42,021 nt of DNA, from the UHGV virus genome UHGV-0390817; one strand, 5' to 3'. The position numbers and the translations under genes are program-made. This document shows, in pieces, positions 27,154 to 34,651 of this stretch. Positions within the stretch are counted from its first letter, which is position 1; each line of letters starts with the position of its first letter. This stretch comes from a virus. Under the pieces are notes generated by a model. It had not been told where the DNA came from and searched no databases. It saw only the letters and a program-made list of their open reading frames with translations.

Positions 27154-27183
27154 GTTGCGATATCGCAACTTGTGACGTCACAA
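27154..27183. promoter_or_regulatory. copy 2 of the 16-bp palindrome GTTGCGATATCGCAAC, immediately followed by a related 14-bp palindrome TTGTGACGTCACAA
   Basis: Read directly. The two share the pattern TTGyGA-yr-TCrCAA. Confidence 0.6.
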
Positions 27184-27191
27184 CTTTTCAT

Positions 27192-27222
27192 GGCCTGGGA
27201 GTGGTCCCGGGCCTTATTTTTT
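27192..27222 (+). terminator. strong intrinsic terminator between the holin and endolysin genes, ending 5 nt before the endolysin RBS
   Basis: A 9-bp stem GGCCTGGGA/TCCCGGGCC with one G-U pair and the loop GTGG, followed by TTATTTTTT. Confidence 0.6.
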
Positions 27223-27239
27223 AATTGGAGGAAAACACT

Positions 27240-28013
27240 ATGAGTAAAACATCAGCAGGATTAATACAGCACTGTAAGGGTAAACTGGGAACTCCCTATG
27301 TCTACGGCGCCAAAGGCGAGGTCCTTACCCCGACCATCCTGGACAGGCTCGCCCGGGAGAACCCAGGCACATACACATCCGCCTACAAGGCCAAGGCGGC
27401 CAGGTACATAGGCCAGCGCTGCACGGACTGTTCTGGCCTCATCAGCTGGTACACCGGACGTATCCGCGGCAGCTATAACTACCATGACACAGCCGTGGAG
27501 CGGGTAGATATCGACCACCTGAATGAGTCCATGACCGGCTGGGCGCTCTGGAAGCCGGGGCATATCGGGGTATACATAGGTGATGGATACTGCATTGAGG
27601 CCAAGGGCATCAATTACGGGACCATCAAGTCCAGAGTGGCGGTCACACCCTGGCAGAAGGTCCTAAAGCTCTGCGACATCGACTATACCCCGGTCCCAGT
27701 GACATACACCCAGGGCTTCCAGTCGGCCGCAGACGGCCAGCGCTGGTGGTATCAGTTTACAGACGGCAGCTATGCGGCCAATGGCTGGTACTGGCTCCGG
27801 GAGGCCACGGACGGTACCTGCGGCTGGTATCTGTTTGACAGCGAGGGCTATATGCTGACCGGCTACCAGGTGGACCCTGCTGGTGAGGCCTTCCTGCTCT
27901 GTCCAGTCAAGGGGTCTGACGAGGGGAAGTGCATGATTACGGATGCCAGAGGAGCTCTCCGGATTGCGGAGGAGTACGACATGGTAAATCGACGGTACGT
28001 GTTTAATTGGTAG
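27240..28013 (+). CDS. endolysin: N-terminal NlpC/P60 (C40) peptidase plus C-terminal CW_binding_1-type cell-wall-binding repeats
   Basis: The catalytic Cys motif CTDCSGLISWY and the His motif GHIGVYIGDGY are present. C-terminal repeats ANGWYWL and GWYLFDSEGYMLTG follow. The RBS ggagga precedes the ATG at 27240. Confidence 0.85.
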   Translation: MSKTSAGLIQHCKGKLGTPYVYGAKGEVLTPTILDRLARENPGTYTSAYKAKAARYIGQRCTDCSGLISWYTGRIRGSYNYHDTAVERVDIDHLNESMTGWALWKPGHIGVYIGDGYCIEAKGINYGTIKSRVAVTPWQKVLKLCDIDYTPVPVTYTQGFQSAADGQRWWYQFTDGSYAANGWYWLREATDGTCGWYLFDSEGYMLTGYQVDPAGEAFLLCPVKGSDEGKCMITDARGALRIAEEYDMVNRRYVFNW

Positions 28014-28022
28014 ATTACCGAA

Positions 28023-28041
28023 GGGCGCTGCAATAGCGCCC
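28023..28041. terminator. hairpin GGGCGCT-gcaat-AGCGCCC between the convergent endolysin and Spo0A_C genes; a possible bidirectional terminator
   Basis: A perfect 7-bp GC-rich stem. The flanking T-runs are weak. Confidence 0.35.
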
Positions 28042-28049
28042 TGACTTCC

Positions 28050-28391
28050 TCAATCATAATAATGGAGTACAACATAATGAGCCAGCGCATCAATAAAGGC
28101 GCCGTTCCGCGGCTTTTGTGCCAACTCAAAGCCGAAAACCTGGTTTAAAAGATTCCGGTCTCCATGGAGCCAAATAGTATTAATGATGGTGCGTATATTG
28201 CGTTCTACACATCCCACAGATGTTTGGTAGCGGGCGGCAATTTCTACGTATAGCCCTTTGGATATGTAGGTAAGCAGTTCTGGGTTCGCAATAGCGCGGA
28301 TTACACCATAAATAGTATAGCGGAATCCTACGTAGGAATTATTGACGCCAAGCCGTCGAAGCAAGTTACTGGTTTCTCTTTCGTATTTCAT
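28050..28391 (-). CDS. stand-alone Spo0A C-terminal (DNA-binding, Spo0A_C) domain protein with no receiver domain
   Basis: The 113-aa product LLRRLGVNNSYVGFRYTIYGVIRAIANPELLTYISKGLYVEIAARYQTSVGCVERNIRTIINTIWLHGDRNLLNQVFG...KPRNGAFIDA aligns motif-by-motif with the B. subtilis Spo0A effector domain (GVPAHIKGY...ELLGSITK.LYPDIAKK..TTASRVERAIRHAIEVAW..G...FG...KP.N.EFIA). A strong RBS ggaggg precedes the ATG at 28391; the track ORF extends further upstream without an RBS. Confidence 0.75.
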   Translation of the reverse strand: MKYERETSNLLRRLGVNNSYVGFRYTIYGVIRAIANPELLTYISKGLYVEIAARYQTSVGCVERNIRTIINTIWLHGDRNLLNQVFGFELAQKPRNGAFIDALAHYVVLHYYD

Positions 28392-28615
28392 GCTAGCCCT
28401 CCTAAAATTTTTTACATTATAAAAGTAACTATTAGGAGGGGGACTATCAAGGGAAGGGGGACAACAAAAAGTTACAAAAGGTATCATAAAATGCGGGAAG
28501 ATAAATGGGGAATGATTCTTTTGGGGTAGGCCGGCATACATAGGGTCTGGTTCAGATAGATTTCCAAAAAAACATACTGACATTGCCTTAATGCCATGCT
28601 ATAATAAAACCAGAA

Positions 28616-28645
28616 AAGCCTCCGGAACCATGATTCCAGGGGCTT
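28616..28645 (-). terminator. imperfect hairpin followed by a T-rich run on the minus strand; likely the integrase terminator
   Basis: AAGCCTCCGGAA...TTCCAGGGGCTT, with TTCTGGTTTTATTAT following on the minus strand. Confidence 0.3.
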
Positions 28646-28692
28646 AATCTAATCATATGTTATTGACATCCGGCGGGCCGGACTGTAATAAC

Positions 28693-30153
28693 CTATGATA
28701 TATAAAAATGAATATGTAAATGCCCTTGACTGCGGTCAAAAACAATCTCTTTGACTATCTTGCGGAGGGCATTCCCTTTTATCTCATAACTGATATTTGG
28801 GTCTGCCAGGATCTCATGCACATGCGCAATCTGGCGCATGATATCTTCCTTGCTTGGAACCTTGGCAGGAGACTGTTCTGCCTGCCTGCGGAGTCTTTCG
28901 GCATCAGCCATGAGTTCTTCCCTTTCAGCCTTCAGACGGAGCTTATTCTGCTTATATTCCTCCAGGGTGTCAATTTCATTCTCGTAAGCTTCCCTGATAC
29001 GCCGCTCCTTGACTTCTAAGCGGGCAAGTGCCTCCTGAATGGCGACTTCTTCGGCGTTTACAGCATCATCGGTTTTTTGGATGTATTCATATTCCAGTTC
29101 ATTTGTTTCAAGGACTTCTTCCAGAGATTCAATCACAGCTTTTTCCGCCAGGTGTACGGCCAGGCAGCAGGAACCCGGATGCATCCCCTTTGCATACTTC
29201 CAGCACTGGAAGAAGTCAGGCCGCTTCTTCTGGTCATTGGAACGATTGTAGCCAAGGCTGCCGCCGCATATGCTGCATTTGAGCAAACCGGAAAGCCAGT
29301 GGACATTGTTGGAAACCTCCCGGCGTTTCTGGGGCCGGTATTCCTTTTCAATCCGCTTCTGAACATCGTCAAATAGGGAGGTGACGGAGGAACGTACCTC
29401 GTGGGTGCCCTGGAAGGAATACCCATTCCATATGACCTCGCCAATATAAAAGCGGTTGGCAAGAATCCGGTTAATGCCCCGGCGGTCGAATAGGTTGCCG
29501 CGGCGGGTCCGGTATCCTCTGGCATTGGCAGCCCTGGCCGTGGCGGTCATATCCTTCCCGCTATGGTAGGTCTGGAAAATATATTCAACGATGGCATATG
29601 ATTTTTCCTCCACGACGAAAGGCTTGCCTTCCCCCACAGCCCGGTAGCCGAGGCAGGGGGTGGCCTGATAGCCTTCGCGGAGGGCCTTTTCCGTCATACC
29701 GCGCAACACTTCGCCGGAGAGGTTGATGGAATAATATTCGTCAAACCATTCTATTATGGTTTCGATTAGCCGGCCAAACATGCCCTCCATGATGGGTTCC
29801 GATACGCTCTTAATTTCTACATCACATTTTTTTCTCAGGATGCCTTTGTAGAAGGTGCTTTCCTCCTGGTTTCTGGCGAACCGGGAGAACTTCCAGAGAT
29901 AGAGCCGCTTAAATGGGGCCGGCTTCTGTGATTTGGCAATGGCTATCATGCGCTGGAACTCTGGCCGGTTGTCTGCTTTGCGGCCGGAGATTCCTTTCTT
30001 CTCAATAAATATGTATTCTTTGGGAATTATAAAACCGTCCGCCTTGGCAGCGTCCATGATGACGCGTATCTGGGCATCCGGAGACAGCTCTGTCTGATCG
30101 TCTGTGCTGACACGAACGTAGGCGGCGCCGATTTCTAGTGGTGTTGCTGGCAT
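28693..30153 (-). CDS. large serine recombinase (phage integrase)
   Basis: The N-terminal resolvase catalytic domain IGAAYVRVSTDDQ carries the catalytic Ser. A recombinase domain, a zinc-ribbon (CSICGG...C) and a C-terminal coiled coil follow. The start is taken at the Met after the RBS aggagatga; the track ORF starts at 30210. Confidence 0.9.
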   Translation of the reverse strand: MPATPLEIGAAYVRVSTDDQTELSPDAQIRVIMDAAKADGFIIPKEYIFIEKKGISGRKADNRPEFQRMIAIAKSQKPAPFKRLYLWKFSRFARNQEESTFYKGILRKKCDVEIKSVSEPIMEGMFGRLIETIIEWFDEYYSINLSGEVLRGMTEKALREGYQATPCLGYRAVGEGKPFVVEEKSYAIVEYIFQTYHSGKDMTATARAANARGYRTRRGNLFDRRGINRILANRFYIGEVIWNGYSFQGTHEVRSSVTSLFDDVQKRIEKEYRPQKRREVSNNVHWLSGLLKCSICGGSLGYNRSNDQKKRPDFFQCWKYAKGMHPGSCCLAVHLAEKAVIESLEEVLETNELEYEYIQKTDDAVNAEEVAIQEALARLEVKERRIREAYENEIDTLEEYKQNKLRLKAEREELMADAERLRRQAEQSPAKVPSKEDIMRQIAHVHEILADPNISYEIKGNALRKIVKEIVFDRSQGHLHIHFYIS

Positions 30154-30376
30154 TATATCATCTCCTGTTCCTATCATGTATATGAGTTTAGGGGATGTTT
30201 CAATTCTCATTTCGGTCCATATTATAACCCATATTACAGCCTGTAAGATTTTGGTGAGCTTTGAAAAAAGGGTATAAAAAATACGCCCCTTGCCAGGACG
30301 CTCCAGGAATGATATAATTTACTTGCTTAGGGTAATTATATCTTCCAGGCGTACCTGGTAAGAGAAAATCTATGTG

Positions 30377-30409
30377 AAAAGCTTCTGTGTTCCCGCACAG
30401 GGGCTTTTT
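30377..30409. terminator. bidirectional intrinsic terminator (A-tract, 13-bp stem, T-tract)
   Basis: AAAAGCTTCTGTG-ttcccg-CACAGGGGCTTTTT. It lies immediately downstream of the minus-strand gene 30419..31099. Confidence 0.6.
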
Positions 30410-30418
30410 GCTTACTAT

Positions 30419-31099
30419 TTATTTTGTGGCAACAAATGTGGCCGATTTATTAGACCAGAAACTCGGAGAAAATTTAATCTCAAGAGTTTTCCAATCTTCA
30501 GGAACCTGATATGCTATAACGCCGTTCATTTTTTTACCTGCAGCAACAGAACCATCTAATTGGTTCTTTCCTTTTCCTTCAGGAGCCTGCAAGCCAAGAA
30601 TATCTTGAGTGACAGAATAGTCATCACAATATGCCTCGAAGCTCATCATTGAGCTTACGGATATATCCTTATCTGAATTATTGGATATTTCAAATTCACA
30701 TAAGACAAAAATATTTCCTTCGTCTGGTTTTAAGAAGTCTGAGCCTTTTGATTCTGTTGTTCCAAGCAGTGATACTTGAACGCCCTTAATGTCTGCAACT
30801 TCACCCACATCAAAATTGGTTTTTTCGGCAACTGTAGATTCGGGGGCAGTTGTTTCTTCTTTTTGGTTTGAATTGTTGCTTGGGGTTGTGGTAGCAGTGG
30901 CATTGGAAGGGGTTTCCTCTTTGCTTTTACTGCCGCCAAAGCAAGAGCCAATCAAACCAATCACAACTACTATAATAATAGCCGTAAGACACCCTCCTGG
31001 ACCTTGTTTTTTTCTGCACTGTGGACATATCTTTGCTCCATAAGGTATCTCAGTTTTACAGTGCTTACAGATTTTTGTTGTTGGTTTTTCTTTTCCCAT
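30419..31099 (-). CDS. membrane-anchored protein: N-terminal zinc ribbon (CKHCK...CPQC), one TM helix, Ser/Thr-rich linker and a DUF4352-like beta-sandwich domain; a lysogeny-module moron
   Basis: The motifs are read from the translation. The region is AT-rich and lies on the same strand as the integrase and repressor. Confidence 0.6.
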   Translation of the reverse strand: MGKEKPTTKICKHCKTEIPYGAKICPQCRKKQGPGGCLTAIIIVVVIGLIGSCFGGSKSKEETPSNATATTTPSNNSNQKEETTAPESTVAEKTNFDVGEVADIKGVQVSLLGTTESKGSDFLKPDEGNIFVLCEFEISNNSDKDISVSSMMSFEAYCDDYSVTQDILGLQAPEGKGKNQLDGSVAAGKKMNGVIAYQVPEDWKTLEIKFSPSFWSNKSATFVATK

Positions 31100-31164
31100 A
31101 CTCTTTTCCTCTTTTCATTTGTTTTATTAAAAGCCATAGGCTCTTTAATCATAAATCATTCCCA

Positions 31165-31905
31165 TTATGAATTTAATAACTGTTTTTTCTTGGTTTCAAA
31201 CTCTTCTTCGGATATGGCTCCCATATCCAATAATTCTTTTAGGGCTTTAATGCCCTTGAGGGCATCTGTGGTATTTTTAGATACTTCGGCAACTGATTGT
31301 TCTTTTTTAATTTGAAAACACCTTATTTGAGCATCTATTTCAGTAGTGCAGGCTATGGAAATAGGGAATATCATTCCATCATCAATGCGCCGAAGTTTCA
31401 AAACCGCGGTTCCGGCTTGCTCAAAATGCTGTGTCATTTGTCTGGAGTTAGATGACATATTTCCCTGTGTAGTAGATTTACCTTTACTTCCGGCGCCGAT
31501 TGCTGCCCCTACTGCTGTTCCGATTCCAGGCATCAATAAAGTACCTACGACAGCCCCCGCTGTCATTTTTCCGGCCTTTCCTTTTTTGACTGTCTGACTG
31601 CTACTGATTCCGGTGGTTTGTGTATTCGTCATGGAGCCATAAAGAGGTCCGTCCCAAGAATAATCTAGCAATTCATAAAGTCTATTTTCATCAACTCCAA
31701 AATAAATCAGGCCGTCTTCCTGGCGTTGTCGGATGGTGCAGGCTCCATTCATGCCAGCAGGCCCATTTTTAATAGTGATGAACGCGCTGACCTGGCTTTG
31801 TCTTCTAGTAGCCAGCTGTCTTTCTGAATCCTTCTTTGCTAATTCATTTTTTACCAAACCCGTTGCACCATCGGCGGCGCTTTTCATCAAATCTTTAAAT
31901 CCCAT
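31165..31905 (-). CDS. SHOCT-domain protein with a glycine-zipper membrane segment
   Basis: The C-terminus ALKELLDMGAISEEEFETKKKQLL matches the SHOCT motif. A central hydrophobic segment GAVVGTLLMPGIGTAVGAAIGAG is present. Confidence 0.55.
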   Translation of the reverse strand: MGFKDLMKSAADGATGLVKNELAKKDSERQLATRRQSQVSAFITIKNGPAGMNGACTIRQRQEDGLIYFGVDENRLYELLDYSWDGPLYGSMTNTQTTGISSSQTVKKGKAGKMTAGAVVGTLLMPGIGTAVGAAIGAGSKGKSTTQGNMSSNSRQMTQHFEQAGTAVLKLRRIDDGMIFPISIACTTEIDAQIRCFQIKKEQSVAEVSKNTTDALKGIKALKELLDMGAISEEEFETKKKQLLNS

Positions 31906-31930
31906 AACGAACCCTCCTCAATGTATAATA

Positions 31931-32641
31931 TTACAATGACTGTGCTCTCAAAGAACCCAGAATTATTCTCGTTGGTGACAGCAAATCATTAAATGGATAT
32001 GGTTCCTGGCTGGCCTTAGCATCGCATATAGGACAGATACAATCACCAGGTCGGTTATAAAAAGTCCGTCCACAGTAGAAACATTCGGTCTCAGCACAAA
32101 TAAACCTTTTAGACTTGGTTTTATAAAAGTAGCTATACATCGCCCAATCAACTGGATACATTTTGTGTGTGGCTCTGCTATACCATCTACGGTAAGCGGC
32201 AAAGGCATTATGAGCAGCTTCGTCCGACAATCCGAAATGTCTATGCACATCCCAAGCACTTTCGCAATGGCAGTAATGGATTACCATACTGGGAGCTAAT
32301 ACGTAGCTTGCAAAACAATTGGCTTCTTTCTCATAATAGTCCGCTTTGTAAGGATGCTCAAGCACTATATGACCCAGCTCATGGGCCAGTGAGAAGATAA
32401 TTCTATCTGATGGTTTATCTTCATTGTAAGCAACTGTCCGGCTAAATGGCTCAGTATATGCCTCGTCAGAACAGGAGGCACATAGTTCATATACTTCTGG
32501 ATTCTTTTCTTTCAATTCGCTGTATGTATAGACGTGATATCCATACTTTCTAATAGCTGAAATACAGTCAAATGGAAATTTCTTAAATTCACAAAAGGTA
32601 TATGTTTCTAGTACTTTTTTCAGTATAAAATCGTGATTCAA
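31931..32641 (-). CDS. ImmA/IrrE-family metalloprotease (anti-repressor protease)
   Basis: The HEXXH motif HELGHIVLEH is present. The gene lies directly downstream of, and on the same strand as, the XRE repressor, a classic ImmR-ImmA arrangement. Confidence 0.8.
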   Translation of the reverse strand: MNHDFILKKVLETYTFCEFKKFPFDCISAIRKYGYHVYTYSELKEKNPEVYELCASCSDEAYTEPFSRTVAYNEDKPSDRIIFSLAHELGHIVLEHPYKADYYEKEANCFASYVLAPSMVIHYCHCESAWDVHRHFGLSDEAAHNAFAAYRRWYSRATHKMYPVDWAMYSYFYKTKSKRFICAETECFYCGRTFYNRPGDCICPICDAKASQEPYPFNDLLSPTRIILGSLRAQSL

Positions 32642-32646
32642 TCAAA

Positions 32647-32970
32647 TCAGTCCTCATTATTTATTTCGGACAGTAGTTTGATTAGACGCATTTTCTGTTC
32701 AACAGACATCTGCTTACCATTTCTGGCCACAAGGCGTTCCACATCCGCATAAGTGGGTTCTGGAACCACCTTCTTTTCTCTATCGTCGAAGTCATCAAGC
32801 GACAACCCAAGAACATGAGCGATAGATTTAAGCGTTTCAAGTTTTGGGTCTTTTGTGGCACCGCTTAATATCTTATTCAACGTTCCCAGAGGGACTCCAG
32901 ATTTTTCAGATAATTCCTCCGTGGTTAATCCTAACTTTTTTTTGTATTCTGCAATTTTCTCCAGTCCCAT
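32647..32970 (-). CDS. XRE-family HTH repressor (cI / ImmR-like)
   Basis: HTH LTTEELSEKSGVPLGTLNKILSG. Transcribed divergently from a Cro-like gene across an operator-rich intergenic region. Confidence 0.85.
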   Translation of the reverse strand: MGLEKIAEYKKKLGLTTEELSEKSGVPLGTLNKILSGATKDPKLETLKSIAHVLGLSLDDFDDREKKVVPEPTYADVERLVARNGKQMSVEQKMRLIKLLSEINNED

Positions 32971-32992
32971 CCTTAATCCCTCCTACGGTAAT

Positions 32993-33021
32993 ATTTTACC
33001 GCCAAACGGTTTTTAAGTCAA
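32993..33021 (-). promoter_or_regulatory. leftward repressor promoter: -35 TTGACT, 17-bp spacer, -10 TAAAAT, read on the minus strand
   Basis: Reverse complements are found at 33016-33021 and 32993-32998. The RBS ggaggga lies 5 nt before the repressor ATG. Confidence 0.5.
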
Positions 33022-33031
33022 GCAAAATTTA

Positions 33032-33041
33032 CCGTTAACGG
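33032..33041. promoter_or_regulatory. operator O1: perfect 10-bp palindrome CCGTTAACGG
   Basis: Read directly. Confidence 0.6.
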
Positions 33042-33062
33042 AAAGAAAATGTAAAAAATGGG

Positions 33063-33091
33063 TTGACTTTTACCGTTAAAGGATATATACT
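33063..33091 (+). promoter_or_regulatory. rightward early promoter: -35 TTGACT, 17-bp spacer, -10 TATACT, with operator O2 CCGTTAAAGG (33073-33082) inside the spacer
   Basis: Hexamers and spacing are read directly. Confidence 0.6.
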
Positions 33092-33103
33092 TTCAATAAA
33101 TAA

Positions 33104-33113
33104 CCGTTAACGG
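33104..33113. promoter_or_regulatory. operator O3: CCGTTAACGG, between the -10 and the RBS of the Cro-like gene
   Basis: Read directly. Confidence 0.6.
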
Positions 33114-33130
33114 ATAGAAAGGAGGATAAC

Positions 33131-33340
33131 ATGTACTACCGTTTGAAGTTTGAAATTAGCAAAAGGGGATTTACAATAGAAAAATTTTCACTTTTGCTTA
33201 ATATTTCGGAAAAATCATTGCGGAATAAAATTAAGGGGTCAACAGAGTTTTCCTGGTCGGAAGTACTAAGGATTCGGGATTTGATTGACCCCACAATGTC
33301 CTTGGAGGAGTTATTTAAAAAAGAGGACAAAATTGCCTAA
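33131..33340 (+). CDS. Cro-like small HTH regulator
   Basis: 69 aa. HTH FTIEKFSLLLNISEKSLRNKIKG, divergent from the repressor. RBS ggagga. Confidence 0.7.
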   Translation: MYYRLKFEISKRGFTIEKFSLLLNISEKSLRNKIKGSTEFSWSEVLRIRDLIDPTMSLEELFKKEDKIA

Positions 33341-33348
33341 GCAAACAC

Positions 33349-33564
33349 ATGTTCGATAAAACAACTATACCACTATTACGTATGTGTGTCAATGAGAAAA
33401 GGAGGCGAGAGGGGATGAAGAGCATAGATAAAGTAATCAATTCTATTTGTGATTGGATTCAGGGTGAATTAAAACAGACAGGAAGCACGGAAGATTCAAT
33501 GATTCTTCCAGAAATGATAAAGGCGCTGGCCGAATTGGTGTCGGCCAGCTCGCAGGATTACTAA
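33349..33564 (+). CDS. hypothetical early protein
   Basis: 71-aa ORF. Confidence 0.4.
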   Translation: MFDKTTIPLLRMCVNEKRRREGMKSIDKVINSICDWIQGELKQTGSTEDSMILPEMIKALAELVSASSQDY

Positions 33565-33734
33565 ACAGCTTCTTCTTTAGAAGCAATTTCATAGATTTTG
33601 TTGTAAATAGACTCATACATCTTTGCTATATTATCGCCAGTTTCATCATTAGTTCTTCCAGGAGCGGAATTTGATAATTTAGCAACAACAATATCTTTGG
33701 CTATTTGCATAGCGTAGTCTTGTGTTTGTGTCAT
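33561..33734 (-). CDS. small 57-aa protein encoded antisense to the early operon
   Basis: The RBS aaagggga precedes the ATG on the minus strand, and the composition is coding-like. Not in the ORF track. Confidence 0.3.
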   Translation of the reverse strand: MTQTQDYAMQIAKDIVVAKLSNSAPGRTNDETGDNIAKMYESIYNKIYEIASKEEAV

Positions 33735-33966
33735 GTGACTTTCCCCTTTCTATGTACTCGGCTCTGGCAGGGGCCTGTAAGTACAGTATACCAAGGAGGG
33801 GGACAAGACGCAACGAGGGAGGCGGTACATATCAACACGACATGCAAAACCTGCCGGTATAGCCAGTGCCCAGAACGGACACGGTGGTATCCGTGCAAGG
33901 ACTATGAGAGGATGGAAACAAGTACAACCGGTACCGCATACAATCTACCAGGGAGGGGTGGTGATA

Positions 33967-34122
33967 GTGCAGAAATTAAAAGTATTCAAATACATAGAAA
34001 TTGATGGTCAGGATGTTCCGATGGAATCACTGACTGATGAAGAAAAAAGGCGCATTGCCTATGCGCTGCAGGACAATCTAATGCTTCCACTGGGATTTCG
34101 TAGGAAGAGAAAGACCGCCTAA
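33967..34122 (+). CDS. small hypothetical protein
   Basis: The RBS gggaggggtgg precedes the GTG. Confidence 0.3.
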   Translation: MQKLKVFKYIEIDGQDVPMESLTDEEKRRIAYALQDNLMLPLGFRRKRKTA

Positions 34123-34164
34123 GGGCGGCCATGGAGGACAAGCATAGAAAGGAGAGACAAGCCA

Positions 34165-34437
34165 ATGAGAGCTAAAACATTTGCGGAGCACCGCATCCGC
34201 GCCAAAGCAGCGGTCCAGTATCCCGGCTGGCGCGTGGACATCACCGGGCCAGGAACAGCGGTACTCACCAACATCATGGGGCACAGGCGTATGGTGACCT
34301 TCAGACACCGCAGGAGACGCCGGGACGGCCCAATCATGAGGGCAGCTAAATGGATTGTGCCGGCGGTCATTTGGCTGCTGGTGATGTGGATGGTATCTAT
34401 AGTGGTCATGGCGCTGGCCATGGGTGTGAGACTTTGA
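34165..34437 (+). CDS. hypothetical protein with an Arg-rich stretch and a C-terminal TM helix
   Basis: A strong RBS aaaggagag is present. Hydrophobic segment IVPAVIWLLVMWMVSIVVMALAMG. Confidence 0.45.
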   Translation: MRAKTFAEHRIRAKAAVQYPGWRVDITGPGTAVLTNIMGHRRMVTFRHRRRRRDGPIMRAAKWIVPAVIWLLVMWMVSIVVMALAMGVRL

Positions 34438-34453
34438 AAGGAGGAAGGGGAAA

Positions 34454-34639
34454 GTGATTAAAGGTGCAAAGAGCATCGCGGAGTACGCAATCCGCAAGTG
34501 GCTGCAGTCAGAGGGTTTTGAGATGCGCTATTTTAAATTGACCGTACATAACAACGAGGCCATGATTGTGGATAGTGCCGGCGACACGCTGCGGCTGGTA
34601 TATGACAACGATACCAAGTCTGTCTATGCCAAGGAGTAG
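34454..34639 (+). CDS. hypothetical protein
   Basis: The RBS aaggaggaagggg precedes the GTG. Confidence 0.4.
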   Translation: MIKGAKSIAEYAIRKWLQSEGFEMRYFKLTVHNNEAMIVDSAGDTLRLVYDNDTKSVYAKE

Positions 34640-34651
34640 GGAGGTGTCAGG

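Noticed and set aside
30313-30341. Inverted repeat ATATAATT-N13-AATTATAT upstream of the integrase gene, considered as an alternative attP or integrase promoter
   Set aside because: The arms are short and AT-only, and the sequence may simply be TATAAT-like promoter material. The 15-bp-arm repeat at 28660-28691 is a better attP candidate, though neither is proven.
30374-30559. Plus-strand 61-aa ORF
   Set aside because: It spans the bidirectional terminator and is antisense to the 3' end of the DUF4352-like gene, so it is almost certainly non-coding.
33705-34004. Plus-strand 99-aa ORF with a Cys-rich stretch (TCKTCRYSQCPERTRWYPCKDY) that resembles a zinc finger
   Set aside because: There is no RBS or plausible start upstream of the Cys-rich segment. 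It overlaps the better-supported minus-strand small gene. The Cys pattern is probably coincidental.
34078-34497. Minus-strand 139-aa His-rich ORF
   Set aside because: It is directly antisense to the plus-strand gene 34165..34437, which has a strong RBS and a TM helix. It has no RBS and an odd composition.
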